Source: a virus
Lineage: Duplodnaviria; Caudoviricetes
Direction: 5' to 3' (one strand)
Length of the DNA stretch: 64,000 nucleotides
IMG/VR virus record: IMGVR_UViG_3300028888_000054
Under the pieces are notes generated by a model. It saw only the letters and a program-made list of their open reading frames with translations. It was not told the origin of the DNA and ran no database searches. The position numbers were made by a program, and so were the translations under genes. Positions 35,862-46,892 of this stretch are shown here, piece by piece. Position 1 is the stretch's first letter; each line of letters begins with the position of its first letter.

Positions 35862-38396
35862 ATGAAAGTAATTAAAAGAGATGACAGAAGAGAGGAATTC
35901 GATGAATCAACAATCTTCAAAGCAATCAAAAAAGCAAACAACAGTAAAGAATACCCAGTAGAAAAAGACAAAAAAATTACAGACGACCAGATAATGGAAG
36001 TCGTAAAATGGGTAGTAAAAAAGATGCCAAAAGCCGTTGATGAAATTTCTGTAGAAGAAATTCAAGACTTAGTAGAAGACGGTTTGGTTCACAAAAATCA
36101 CACAGAAGTGGTTCGTTCATTTATTAAATATCGCGAAGAAAGAGCAAAGAAAAGATTCAAGAAATTTGCGATAATCCAGGCAATGGAAGATAAATATTCT
36201 GGAAAGACTTGGGATAAACAGAACGCAAATATTGATGGTTTAAGTTATGACGGTAAGGCTGGTGAAGCACATGGCTTACTTGATAAGGAGCTTGCACTTG
36301 ACTATATGATTACTGAAAAATTTGCAAAGAATCATAGAGATATGCTTGTTTATATTCATGACCTAGATAATTACAAAAAAGGAAAACCAAATTGTTTAAG
36401 TTTCCCAGCCGATGATTATCGAGACCACGGAATGACAATCAAGATTCCGAAAGATATTCGTAGAGCAGGTTCTGTTTCAACCGAATCTCAGCTATCGTTG
36501 GTTGAACTTCAGTCGCAGTCAATGCCACAGTTCGGCGGTGTATCTTTGACACACTGGGACTTCACACTCGCTCCACTTGCAAACAAAGACTATTATAAAT
36601 TCTACAAAAAGAATTATGAAAGACTCACAGAAAAAGAATTGGATTATTCTTTCCAACCTTATTTGTCTATAGATGATCCAGACTATGCAGCTTGCAATGC
36701 AAAAGCAGCTAAGTATGCAATGGAAGATTTGGAACAAGAAGTGCATCAAGCAATGGAAGGATTCTTGCACAATGCAAATACACTTCAGTCTAGAAGTGGA
36801 AATCAGCTTCCGTTTACTTCTGTAAACTATGGAACTGATACTTCTGCAGCAGGAAGACTTGTAACAACACAGTTGTTAAAAGCTTGGGAAGAAGGAATTG
36901 GAGAACTTGGTTTGTCTCCTATTTTCCCTTGTGGTATTTTCCAATACAAGAAAGGAATTAATGATAAGCCTGGAACACCAAACTACGATCTTAAACAGAA
37001 AGCAATCTCTGTTCTTCCAAAAAGAGATTATCCAAACTTTGCAAACTGTGATTGGTCAGTTCAGAGAAAAGCATTTGAAAAATCTCAGGCAATCAAAGAG
37101 AAAGTTCTTTTAAGCCTTGATGAAAAAGATTTATACGAATTGACAGGACTTGGTTCTGCAGTAACAAAGCAGCTCGGTTTCATCGTTGATTTTGACGAAG
37201 GTGATACTTACAAAATAACAATGAATGATACAGAACAGCCTTATGAAATGATGTCAACTATGGGCTGTAGAACTTATAATGGTTTTGATATAAACTTCAC
37301 AGAAGACTACTTTAGAGAAGTAATCGGAAGAACTATTAACGACAAAACACCTCCAAGAGATATGCTTTGGTCAGGAATTCAGAAAGATGGACGTGGAAAC
37401 ATTGCTCCAGCTACTGTAATTCTTCCAATGATTGCAATGAAAGCAAAACAGAAGTCTAAAGATAAACCAGAGTATATAGTAGATTGCTTCTTAAATTTAC
37501 TTGAAAAATACATTGGCGATGCAAAAGATGAATTAATAGAAAGATTTAACTGGATCGCAGCTCAAGGCCCTGAGTCTTCGACATTTGTATATAGAAACTA
37601 CACAATGAAAGGTTATGTTCCAGAAGAAGGAATTGTTTCTGCTTTGAAACATGGGACACTTGCTATTGGACAGCTTGGCTTGGCTGAAACTCTTGAGATA
37701 CTTGTTGGATGTGATCAGTGTGATCCTAAAGGAATGGAAGTAGCAAAGAGAATCGAACAGAAGTTCGTTGATAAATGTAATGAGTATAAAGAGCATTATA
37801 AGTTGAACTTTGGTGTTTATTATACACCTGCAGAGAATCTTTGTTTTACTGCTTTCAAAGCTTTCAAAAAGAAGTATGGTGATGTTGAAAATGTTACTTA
37901 CTTTATAAACGATAATAATGAAAGAGTAGAAAAATTGTTCTTTACAAACTCTATTCATGTTCCAGTATACAAGAAGATTTCACCTTTTGATAAGATTGAT
38001 ATTGAAAGTCAATTAACTGGCTATTCTTCTGCAGGCTGTATTACTTATGTTGAAATTGGAGATGATGTAAAATATAATCTTAAAGCAATCGAACAAATTA
38101 TCGACTATGCTATGAGTAAGGATATCCCTTACTTCGCTTTGAACTTCCAGATTAATGAATGCACAAACTGTGGTAACACAGACAATCTTTCAGAAGATGT
38201 TGGTGTATGTCCAATCTGTGGAAGCCGCGACATAAACTGGCTTAGAAGAATCACTGGATATCTAAATGGAAACTATCATACAAGTTTCAATGAAGGTAAA
38301 CAGAGAGAGGTTGAGCTTAGACAAACACATACTAAGTTTAAGAATATTAAGTTTAGTTGCAACTCTAACGTTGAATTAGAGAAGTACGGAGTATAA
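35862..38396 (+). CDS. nrdD: Anaerobic (class III) ribonucleotide reductase with ATP cone
   Basis: VIKRD ATP cone, IHDLD, TMGCRT, TPAE, CxxC...CxxC, RRITGYL glycyl-radical motif. Confidence 0.96.
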   Translation: MKVIKRDDRREEFDESTIFKAIKKANNSKEYPVEKDKKITDDQIMEVVKWVVKKMPKAVDEISVEEIQDLVEDGLVHKNHTEVVRSFIKYREERAKKRFKKFAIIQAMEDKYSGKTWDKQNANIDGLSYDGKAGEAHGLLDKELALDYMITEKFAKNHRDMLVYIHDLDNYKKGKPNCLSFPADDYRDHGMTIKIPKDIRRAGSVSTESQLSLVELQSQSMPQFGGVSLTHWDFTLAPLANKDYYKFYKKNYERLTEKELDYSFQPYLSIDDPDYAACNAKAAKYAMEDLEQEVHQAMEGFLHNANTLQSRSGNQLPFTSVNYGTDTSAAGRLVTTQLLKAWEEGIGELGLSPIFPCGIFQYKKGINDKPGTPNYDLKQKAISVLPKRDYPNFANCDWSVQRKAFEKSQAIKEKVLLSLDEKDLYELTGLGSAVTKQLGFIVDFDEGDTYKITMNDTEQPYEMMSTMGCRTYNGFDINFTEDYFREVIGRTINDKTPPRDMLWSGIQKDGRGNIAPATVILPMIAMKAKQKSKDKPEYIVDCFLNLLEKYIGDAKDELIERFNWIAAQGPESSTFVYRNYTMKGYVPEEGIVSALKHGTLAIGQLGLAETLEILVGCDQCDPKGMEVAKRIEQKFVDKCNEYKEHYKLNFGVYYTPAENLCFTAFKAFKKKYGDVENVTYFINDNNERVEKLFFTNSIHVPVYKKISPFDKIDIESQLTGYSSAGCITYVEIGDDVKYNLKAIEQIIDYAMSKDIPYFALNFQINECTNCGNTDNLSEDVGVCPICGSRDINWLRRITGYLNGNYHTSFNEGKQREVELRQTHTKFKNIKFSCNSNVELEKYGV

Positions 38397-38397
38397 A

Positions 38398-38916
38398 ATG
38401 AGAATTGCTGGAATTATAGATGATGATATAGTAGACAGCGATGACGGCGTAGCAGTGAGCTTGTGGACGGTTGGGTGTCCACACCACTGTAAAGGCTGCC
38501 ATAATCAGAACCTTTGGGATTATGATGCTGGACAAGATATACCAATCAAAATGGTTATAGATGAATTAAAAGAAAAAATAAACAAGAATGGGGTTATGAG
38601 AAACTTTTCCGTTCTTGGTGGTGAACCTTTAGATCCACAAAATATAAAAGATGTATTAACTGTTCTTAAAGAAATAAGAGCAGCTTACCCAAATATAAAA
38701 ATATATCTTTGGACTGGTTATACACTTGAAGAACTCCAAGAAAGAAAAGAATTCAATGAAGTTTTAAAGTATGTTGATATTTTAATAGAAGGAAGGTTCG
38801 TAGAAAATTTAAAACAAAACTTGCCACTTAGAGGTTCTTCAAATCAAAGAGTGTTTAAAGTTATTAGAGGGAATTACTCACAAGAGTTAGTAACTTTATA
38901 TAAAACAGAGGGATAA
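38398..38916 (+). CDS. nrdG: Anaerobic RNR activating enzyme
   Basis: GCPHHCKGCHN, LGGEP, LRGSSNQ. Confidence 0.95.
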   Translation: MRIAGIIDDDIVDSDDGVAVSLWTVGCPHHCKGCHNQNLWDYDAGQDIPIKMVIDELKEKINKNGVMRNFSVLGGEPLDPQNIKDVLTVLKEIRAAYPNIKIYLWTGYTLEELQERKEFNEVLKYVDILIEGRFVENLKQNLPLRGSSNQRVFKVIRGNYSQELVTLYKTEG

Positions 38917-38925
38917 GTTAACATT

Positions 38926-39252
38926 ATGAATAATTTTACACCACAATCATTTTTTAATTGTTTAACACAAGTTTTTGGAAAAAAATTAATTTTAAACCTA
39001 ACAAAAACTAACGATGGAGGATATGACATAACTGTAAATTCAGACGATGCTTACGTTATTGGAAAAATAAAAGATTTCATACAGGGCCAAGGTTGGGCAG
39101 CTAGTTCAACTACTTCCGCTTCCAAAACTGATATCTATTTTAGTCCGAATGGATTTTCAAAGCAATTGCAGTTAGCAACAATAAGAAGAGACAAATATAA
39201 AAATTTCGAACATTCTCAGCACATGCTTAAAGAGAATTATTTTCCTTACTAA
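38926..39252 (+). CDS. Hypothetical protein, leaderless
   Basis: AAGTTAA-4nt-ATG. Confidence 0.6.
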   Translation: MNNFTPQSFFNCLTQVFGKKLILNLTKTNDGGYDITVNSDDAYVIGKIKDFIQGQGWAASSTTSASKTDIYFSPNGFSKQLQLATIRRDKYKNFEHSQHMLKENYFPY

Positions 39253-39338
39253 AATTATTTGGGCTAAAAAACCTCGGTTAAAATGCTTTCTTGGTAATTA
39301 TACGAAAGATAATTTAGTATAACTATTAGGAGGAAAAT

Positions 39339-39899
39339 ATGGGATTAAAAATATCAGATAGCAAATCCTTCAAGCTTGAGCCAATGAGAAAGAACCGTTT
39401 CTTGTTCCAATTCTCTGCGCTCCCAGGTAACGCAGGAGGAGCAGAAGGTCTTGCTTTTGTTGCTAAATCTGCAAGTGTTCCAGTTATCAGTTTTGAAAAA
39501 ACTACAACTAAACGTATACATGAAGGTTTCAATACAGCTGGTATGGTTTCTTGGAATGATCTTAATGTAACATTTAATGACTTTATTAGAAATACTTCTG
39601 CAACTGGCGAGATATCAGCTGGTGACGCAATGTATAACTGGTGCTCTATGATTTATAATCCTTTGACAGGACAAATGGGTTATAAAACACAGTATGCTAC
39701 TTCTGCAACAGAAGCTCAGTTTGACCCAGCAGGAAACATTATTCGTGCTTGGAACATTTTTGGTATCTTCCCTACTTCAGTAGATTTTGGTGGAACTCTT
39801 TCTTATGAAGATGCTGGTGTAACAGAAATTGCTTGTACTTACGCCTACGACATCGCTGTTAAAGTAGAAGACGCTAAAACTGCATCTGAATCTGCTTAA
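39339..39899 (+). CDS. gp19: Tail tube protein (gp19-like)
   Basis: EPMRKNRF, GMVSWNDLNVTF, WNIFGIFPTSVDFG; strong RBS. Confidence 0.85.
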   Translation: MGLKISDSKSFKLEPMRKNRFLFQFSALPGNAGGAEGLAFVAKSASVPVISFEKTTTKRIHEGFNTAGMVSWNDLNVTFNDFIRNTSATGEISAGDAMYNWCSMIYNPLTGQMGYKTQYATSATEAQFDPAGNIIRAWNIFGIFPTSVDFGGTLSYEDAGVTEIACTYAYDIAVKVEDAKTASESA

Positions 39900-39913
39900 T
39901 TGTTTTTTGGCTT

Positions 39914-39948
39914 TAAAAAAGCTGTCCGTAATGGACAGCTTTTTTTTA
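39914..39948 (+). terminator. Intrinsic terminator
   Basis: AGCTGTCC / GGACAGCT stem plus T tract. Confidence 0.8.
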
Positions 39949-39974
39949 TTTAAGTTAATTAAAAGAAGGAAAAA

Positions 39975-42836
39975 ATGTCAGAGAACAACAAGATTGAAGA
40001 AATTATAAACGAATACACAATCACACCAGAAAACATTGGTAGTAAAATTACTAATAAAAATATCTTAGACCGCTGGAGAGCATTTAGCGAAAGAGAAGAA
40101 CCAAACCCAAAACAGTTAGATATGGATAATTATTTTGATGTTGAGGGTGTAATGACACCATATGTTAGAGTTTGGTTTCGTGGCTTAGGTAATGGTGATA
40201 ATGAGTGGATAGAGGTTGGTGGAGAAGAAGGTGAAAACTATTCACAAAATAATTTTTTTGAATCTATGACAATTGAAGACAATGGCTTTTTAGCTCTTAC
40301 ACTTAATCTTATAGATAGAACAAATTATAGAATCCAAAGATTATTAGAGCTAGCAAGTTATAGCCAATCAAAAAAGGCCGCAGAAGCAAAAAAAAATTCA
40401 GAAGAAACAAAAGGCTTTTTAACAGCGACAGCAAAAGAAGAAGGTGAGGAAGACTTATCTCTTAGTTTATTTAAAGAAAATAATATATCAACTAACAACC
40501 TAAAAATCCGTTTCGGATATTCAGACGTAACAAACATTAATGACGTTAATTCAACTAAGGAATTTTTTAAAGCAGTTGGTAGAGAAGCTGAAGCAAATAG
40601 CAGATGGGTAAGTAATAAAACTCAATACGCTTCAACAGAAGTAGGCGATAAAACAGTAGCAATAGGCTCTGTAAATTTTACCAATAATACTCAAACACAA
40701 CCAAAATCTTACGAAGAAGAATTTTACATAATTGGTTTCTCTACACAAATTTCAACTGCAGGAATAAAATACTCAATAAAGGCAATAAGTGCAGCAAATT
40801 TATTTTTAAATAGTTATAAACTTGTTCAAAACTACTCAAAATTAGTTGGAACACCAAGAGAAGTAATGGCTTACTTCATGAAAACATTTAATGAAAAAGA
40901 TGTAGGTTTAAAAGTTTATTGGAGTGGTGGTAAAGAAAATGCACGAGTAGAAAATTTTACCAGAAAAAAAGTTGCTAATGGTATAATAATAGAAAAAGAA
41001 ATGGAAGACCAAACAGGGGAAGAAGGAGCTAAAAAAGAAGACAATGAAGAGCTTAAAAAAAGCACAGAGAGTTTAACCTTTTTGGAAAAAGTTTTTCAAC
41101 GTCTTGGTTTTTTACAGGATCTTTTTTCAAAAAACATAGATAGCTCTATTTCGCAAGAAAACCTAATAGGAAGTAACAACTTCTATACAGAGCTTCGCCA
41201 AGATGGACTAACATTGGATGTTAAAAATGAAAACAGCGAAACAGATGCTGCTGATGTAGATAGAATTTACGATATGCTAACTAAAGCTGACATTGACGAA
41301 ATCTTAGTTGATGATGCAACAGCCGAAGCTCAAAAACTAACTTCTAATTTAGTTTCTCAATCAGAAAAAGCCGTAGATTCAAACGGCAACACCAAAGACA
41401 TAACAGCCAAAAAGGTGATACAGTTTACAACTAACGTCCCAAAAGTGTTAGTTCCAAAAAATTTTCAAACAACTGGAAATAATACAAATACATATAACAG
41501 CTTAATCTCTTATGCAGAAAAAGGTGACACAAAAAGTTTTATCAATGTAATAAAAAATAATAACGAAAAAAATTATATCAAAGGTGCTGACGAAGTTACG
41601 TATAACGCTATCCAAAAAGATTATGGTGGTTCCTTATTGTTTAGTAATGAATTTAAAAGTAGCGACAAAGACAACATAGACTGGCGTAAGAAAAACTATA
41701 ATTTTATAAGTTTATGGCTCTTTGAACTTTGTGTAAAATGTCAAGAAGATTTAGATAGCTACAAACAAGACAACAAAAACGACAAAGACAAATGGGAAGG
41801 AGTAATCAAATTAATTATTAAAACAATAGCATGTATAAATAAAGCAAAGTCCGACAATGCTGACAGTAAGAAAGAATTATTTAAAGAACTGCAAGAAATA
41901 GAAGAAGAAACTGCAAAAACTGTAGAAAACTTAAATAAAGCAATAACTAATCTAAAAAGTTCCATAAATGCACAAAAGCAACTTTTAGAGCAGGAAACAA
42001 AACAAATAGAAATAGTTCTTGGTAGCGAAAGAACGTCACAGGGAGATGGAAACGACTCAAAGCAACTCTACAAATCCATTTCTTCAATTTTTTCAAGCTA
42101 TACGAGCCAAGCCCCTTGTCATTATGAGATTAAAAACAGCTCTAAGGAAGTAACGGTTAAAGATGCAGACGGAAATGACAGAGTTTTAACAAAAGAAGAA
42201 TCTGCTGTCCCAAGAAAAATGTCATGGGCATGCTTAACCGATGAAAAAGGCGGAGCAAATGGAGCAGTAGTTATATTTTATTACAATTCGCCGCTTAAAT
42301 TTAAAAAAATAAGAAAATACTGTTGGGGAACTGGAAATCCAAACCAACATTGTATAAAAGACTTATCTGTTTCTTCAAGCACCGAATTTGCAAACGTTCT
42401 ATCAAAAACCGCTTATGCAACTAGTGATAACGTTGCCGTAAAAGAACAAGACGGTAATAAGATTACTGCCGAAGTTACAGATACAAATGGAATATACAGA
42501 ACAGTTATTTTAAACGAAAATGATTTGATTGAAAGAGCAAAAGAAAACATATATAAAGGTTCAATGACTATACTTGGTGATCCTTCATTTAAGTTTTGCG
42601 AAAGAGTGCAGCCATATACACTTCCGATATATATAGAAGTTAAGCTTCAAACAGAACAATCATGGTTTACAGTTGATGAAAAAAAAGCAGATGAAAAAAA
42701 TAGAGACAGTATAAATCAAGAAAGTGTTATAACTGGTTATTATTTAGTATCAAAAATTACGCACCAAATAGATAAATCTGGTTTTTATACGACACTTGAA
42801 ATAATGAAATATCCAGGCTTAGAGAAAGAAGTCTAA
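39975..42836 (+). CDS. Baseplate hub protein (gp27/gpD-like)
   Basis: IRFGYS; C-terminal SMTILGDP...GYYLVSKITHQI...FYTTLE. Confidence 0.6.
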   Translation: MSENNKIEEIINEYTITPENIGSKITNKNILDRWRAFSEREEPNPKQLDMDNYFDVEGVMTPYVRVWFRGLGNGDNEWIEVGGEEGENYSQNNFFESMTIEDNGFLALTLNLIDRTNYRIQRLLELASYSQSKKAAEAKKNSEETKGFLTATAKEEGEEDLSLSLFKENNISTNNLKIRFGYSDVTNINDVNSTKEFFKAVGREAEANSRWVSNKTQYASTEVGDKTVAIGSVNFTNNTQTQPKSYEEEFYIIGFSTQISTAGIKYSIKAISAANLFLNSYKLVQNYSKLVGTPREVMAYFMKTFNEKDVGLKVYWSGGKENARVENFTRKKVANGIIIEKEMEDQTGEEGAKKEDNEELKKSTESLTFLEKVFQRLGFLQDLFSKNIDSSISQENLIGSNNFYTELRQDGLTLDVKNENSETDAADVDRIYDMLTKADIDEILVDDATAEAQKLTSNLVSQSEKAVDSNGNTKDITAKKVIQFTTNVPKVLVPKNFQTTGNNTNTYNSLISYAEKGDTKSFINVIKNNNEKNYIKGADEVTYNAIQKDYGGSLLFSNEFKSSDKDNIDWRKKNYNFISLWLFELCVKCQEDLDSYKQDNKNDKDKWEGVIKLIIKTIACINKAKSDNADSKKELFKELQEIEEETAKTVENLNKAITNLKSSINAQKQLLEQETKQIEIVLGSERTSQGDGNDSKQLYKSISSIFSSYTSQAPCHYEIKNSSKEVTVKDADGNDRVLTKEESAVPRKMSWACLTDEKGGANGAVVIFYYNSPLKFKKIRKYCWGTGNPNQHCIKDLSVSSSTEFANVLSKTAYATSDNVAVKEQDGNKITAEVTDTNGIYRTVILNENDLIERAKENIYKGSMTILGDPSFKFCERVQPYTLPIYIEVKLQTEQSWFTVDEKKADEKNRDSINQESVITGYYLVSKITHQIDKSGFYTTLEIMKYPGLEKEV

Positions 42837-42854
42837 GTTAATTTTAGGTGAAAT

Positions 42855-45800
42855 ATGGATGAAGAAATAAAAGTAGAGCAGATTACACAAGCAACCAAAG
42901 CTCTAAAAGAATACAACAAACAATTAAAAAATGCTCAAGCCTCATTTGTTAATCAAAACAAAGCCTTAAAAGAGGCTTTTAAGGTGCTGGAAAAAATAAC
43001 AGACAAAAAGAAATCAAAAGAAACCACTGCTCTATTAGAAACCATTCAGGAAAGTATTAAAAATTCATCCGAAGCGCTTGGAGAGTTTAAAGAACTATCT
43101 GACGAAATAACTATAATAAGCGACGATAGTCTAAAATCGATCGATAGCGCTAAAATAAAAGTATCAGAATTAGGCACTTCTATGGAAAGTTTAAACATAA
43201 ACAGCGCCTCGAAAGAATTTACAGAAGTTGCTAATAATATAAAAAATGCTAAACAAAATAATGAAAGCTTAAATAACTCATTAAAAGACTCAAATAAAGC
43301 TCTATTGGAAAATAATAATGCTTCTTGGATGGTAGCAAATGCTAATAATGCTGCTGCTAACAACATGGGCACTTTAAATACTAACACTGTCGAAACCACA
43401 AAAAGTATGTCTTTACTTTCAGAAATAGCAGCAGAACTAGTTTCAACTCTCGGAAGAATGACAACTATTTTTGCTGGTGGTGTAGGTTTCTTATCATTTG
43501 CACAAGCATTAAAAGATTCTATTTCTCTTAATAACGAAATGACAGCCCTATCTATAAGAATGGGTAAAGGTGTAGAGGGCATAAAAGAACTCGAAGGGGC
43601 AGTAACAAACTTACAAAAGAAATACGGAGCAGCTTTTGAGAATGCAAAACAATATGTTGGAGAACTTAGTAAACTTCATTATACTGGCGATATAGAGGAA
43701 GCTGCTGCTGGTATCGACTTATTTACAAGAGCAACTGGTGCTTCTTCAGCAGCAACAATGGAATTAGTAGACGAACTTAATAAGGTTGGAAAAATAGGAG
43801 CAGATGGAGCAAATAAAATGCTTGCCTCTATGACTTCTATACAACAGTCTATGGGACTTTCCGCAAAAGGAATGGAAGCAACAATAGACGCTACTAAAAA
43901 AATAACTACAAACATGCTCGCTTTTGGTAAAACTTCTCAAGAGATAGTAAACGTAACTGCTAAAACAACAGCTTTAACAGCGGCACTTGAGAAAGTGGGT
44001 GTGGCTGCAACAGAAACAACACAGCTTATTAATAATTTATTAGATCCAGAAAAAATAGAAGACAATATACTGCTTTATAGTCAGCTTGGAATCTCTATGC
44101 AAGACGCAATGAACATGGATGCCGATACGATGATGTCAAGTGTTGGCAGTCAATTACAAGATGTTGCGCAAAAAATAGTTGATATGGGGCCAATTGCTGG
44201 TAAAGAATTTGGAAAGCAAATGGGTATTTCTTTCACAACTGCTAAAAAAATGATTAATGCAGATTTTGGAGAATTCTCTCAACAAGCAGAAGAAGCAGCG
44301 AAAACAACAGAAGAAAAAACATTAGACGTTTTAAACGAAATGATGTCAAAAACTGAAGGGCTCGGTAAAAAAATCGAAAAAGGACTTAATAGATTTCAAG
44401 GAATTTTGAGAACACTTCCACTGGGAATACTTGTTGGTTTGACATTCATAACACCAGCAATTACAAAAATTATATCTAATTTATTTACAAAAATAAAAAA
44501 AGGTTTCAGTGTAGTTGCCGACGAAACACAAAAGCAATTTTCTGTAACTACTGATGCCATATCTGATACTTTCTCGATGGGGCTAAAAAAAGCACTTGAT
44601 ACTACAAGTGCTGGTATTGTTAAAATAAAGAATGCCGCAGTTGGTTGGGCTGGAACATTATTTGATTCTACTCCAGTTGGTGAATTTTTTAACGGAACAG
44701 AGCGCAGAATAGACGCACTTCAAAAAAGAATTCAAAAAAAGAACCCAATTGATATATTCTATACTAAAAGCAAGGAAAGTTTTATAAGTTCTCTGGAAGC
44801 AGATCTTGAAAAATTTGAATCAAAATCAACAGAAGTTTTTCATAATCTTGAGGCTACACTTGGTAATATACCAGAAGCAAATTTCTTAAAAGATGTAGAT
44901 TTAACTAAAACTTCTTCTAAGGAACTGATTGAAATAATTCAGCAGGGAGTAGCAAACCTTGAAAACGTTCCAACAAAACAAGCAAAACTTATACAACTCT
45001 TAGCAAAAGAATATGAGCTTTCTATAGATAAAGAAAAGAAGTATGAAGAAAAACTTTTAAAAGCAAAAAGTATAACTCAAGAAGAGCTAAATCTTCAAAA
45101 GAGTTTAAAAGATATAGCAGAAACAAAAGAAAAATTCCAAGATGATCAAACTGTTGCACAGGAAAAATATAACAAAGCTCTTGAAGAAATGGTTTCAAAA
45201 AACAGCCAAATTAAATCTATTCAGGAATCTATAAAAGATATAGACAGAAACACGGCCGAAGGTATAGAAGAAGCAGCAAGGCAGCAGCAAATACTTAATG
45301 ATTTAATAGAGGCAAGAAATAAAGCAGAACAACAAACAATAAGCTCAAAAGAAGAATTAGATAGTATTACTACTAAAATAAATGCAAAAAACGAAGAGCA
45401 GAAAAATTTAGAGCAGCAAATAAGTGAAATACAGAATAAGAAAAAAAATGCTCAAGCAGAACTTATTAAAGCAGAAGAAAAAAAAGCTGGTGTTATAAAA
45501 ACTCAAAAAAAACTTCAAGAAGAAATAGAAAAAACAAAAATAAAAGAAAAGGGAATTGATAAAGAGTTACAAAAAGCCCAGGCTGATTATCAAAAAAAAT
45601 TCAAAGACACTGGAAAATGGAGAAGCGCTGAAGCTAAAGCTGCCAGAGAACAAATAAAGGCTCTCTTGGAGCAAAAAGACATTATGGCAAATGGTATTTT
45701 AAAGGCGCAGAATGATTTAAATAAAGCAAAAGAAGAAGAAAAAGAGATACAAGAAAAAATAAATAATCTTCAAAAAGATGCAAAAAAAGACCCAGGTGCA

Positions 45801-46874
45801 ATAAAAAAAATGTTTTCTGGTATTGGTAATAGACTCAAAGAAAGCAAAGCTGGGCAAACCGTAACTGCAGTAAGAGATGCATTTAAAGAAAGACAAGAAA
45901 GTTTTGGAGGCGGCTTCAAAGGTGGCTTGAAAGCAACTGGCTCTTTTGCAGCTCAAGGAGTAAAAGCTGGAGGTAAGGTTGCTGTTAAAGGTTTAGGTGC
46001 GCTATTAAAGAAAATAGGACCTTTACTGGCAATTCTTGGTATTTTTCAGGTAATTATCGAAAAAGCAAAAGCAAAATTTGAAGGCTTTTTAGACATTATT
46101 AAAAAAGAAATACAGCCAATGCTTGAAGATTTATGGGAAGGGCTTGGACCGCTTATAAATGACATTTTGAATCTTTTTATGCAAATTTTTAAAGACCTTA
46201 AACCAGTTTTGGGTGCTCTAATGGATTCGTTCATTTTATTGTTTAAACTTCTTGTTGAAAACATATTAATGCCATTGGTTAAATTATTATTACCTCCTCT
46301 TTTAAAAATACTTGCAGCGCTTGTTACTTCTATTGGCTGGGTTACTAAAGCTATAGGTGTAGTTATACAAAAACTTACCAAAAAAAATGGCGAAGACAGT
46401 ATAGGAAAAAGACTCGAAAATGTTGGTAGCTCTATGCTCACAGTTGCTGATACAATGAGAGAGGCAGCAGATTCATTTAAGAGTAATAAAAATAAATCAG
46501 ATGTAGATTTCAACAAAAAAGCTGACACTGGCGAAGAAGACGGTGACAAAATGACTATTATCGGCGTTGACGGTAATGGTAGAGGAAAAATAGTAGAACA
46601 AGGTAGCCAGGCTTCTTCAAAACCAGACTCAGAAACAACAGATAGCGTAACATATACAAAAGAAAAGAAAACAGATGAAGAAATAAACAAAGAAAGGGAG
46701 CAAGAAAAAAGAGAAAAAGAAAATAATGTAACCTTATTAAAATTATTAGATTCTATTCAAAACATAGATTCTAAAAAAATCAATAATTTCTTGGATGGAG
46801 CTATCGCTTATTTTGATAAAATGTTTAACCAAACAACAATTAAGCCACCTGAGCAGCACATTACATTACCTTAA
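42855..46874 (+). CDS. Tape measure protein
   Basis: 1339 aa, Ala-rich helical/coiled coil with amphipathic C-terminal repeats, inside the tail module. Confidence 0.8.
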   Translation: MDEEIKVEQITQATKALKEYNKQLKNAQASFVNQNKALKEAFKVLEKITDKKKSKETTALLETIQESIKNSSEALGEFKELSDEITIISDDSLKSIDSAKIKVSELGTSMESLNINSASKEFTEVANNIKNAKQNNESLNNSLKDSNKALLENNNASWMVANANNAAANNMGTLNTNTVETTKSMSLLSEIAAELVSTLGRMTTIFAGGVGFLSFAQALKDSISLNNEMTALSIRMGKGVEGIKELEGAVTNLQKKYGAAFENAKQYVGELSKLHYTGDIEEAAAGIDLFTRATGASSAATMELVDELNKVGKIGADGANKMLASMTSIQQSMGLSAKGMEATIDATKKITTNMLAFGKTSQEIVNVTAKTTALTAALEKVGVAATETTQLINNLLDPEKIEDNILLYSQLGISMQDAMNMDADTMMSSVGSQLQDVAQKIVDMGPIAGKEFGKQMGISFTTAKKMINADFGEFSQQAEEAAKTTEEKTLDVLNEMMSKTEGLGKKIEKGLNRFQGILRTLPLGILVGLTFITPAITKIISNLFTKIKKGFSVVADETQKQFSVTTDAISDTFSMGLKKALDTTSAGIVKIKNAAVGWAGTLFDSTPVGEFFNGTERRIDALQKRIQKKNPIDIFYTKSKESFISSLEADLEKFESKSTEVFHNLEATLGNIPEANFLKDVDLTKTSSKELIEIIQQGVANLENVPTKQAKLIQLLAKEYELSIDKEKKYEEKLLKAKSITQEELNLQKSLKDIAETKEKFQDDQTVAQEKYNKALEEMVSKNSQIKSIQESIKDIDRNTAEGIEEAARQQQILNDLIEARNKAEQQTISSKEELDSITTKINAKNEEQKNLEQQISEIQNKKKNAQAELIKAEEKKAGVIKTQKKLQEEIEKTKIKEKGIDKELQKAQADYQKKFKDTGKWRSAEAKAAREQIKALLEQKDIMANGILKAQNDLNKAKEEEKEIQEKINNLQKDAKKDPGAIKKMFSGIGNRLKESKAGQTVTAVRDAFKERQESFGGGFKGGLKATGSFAAQGVKAGGKVAVKGLGALLKKIGPLLAILGIFQVIIEKAKAKFEGFLDIIKKEIQPMLEDLWEGLGPLINDILNLFMQIFKDLKPVLGALMDSFILLFKLLVENILMPLVKLLLPPLLKILAALVTSIGWVTKAIGVVIQKLTKKNGEDSIGKRLENVGSSMLTVADTMREAADSFKSNKNKSDVDFNKKADTGEEDGDKMTIIGVDGNGRGKIVEQGSQASSKPDSETTDSVTYTKEKKTDEEINKEREQEKREKENNVTLLKLLDSIQNIDSKKINNFLDGAIAYFDKMFNQTTIKPPEQHITLP

Positions 46875-46892
46875 TTCTAAAAAGTTAATTTT

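Noticed and set aside
43046-46690. Long antisense ORFs (e.g. 43046-43582, 46046-46690, and similar ones elsewhere in the track)
   Set aside because: Shadow frames of Lys/Glu-rich genes giving Phe/Ser/Leu-rich sequence, with no RBS or family motifs
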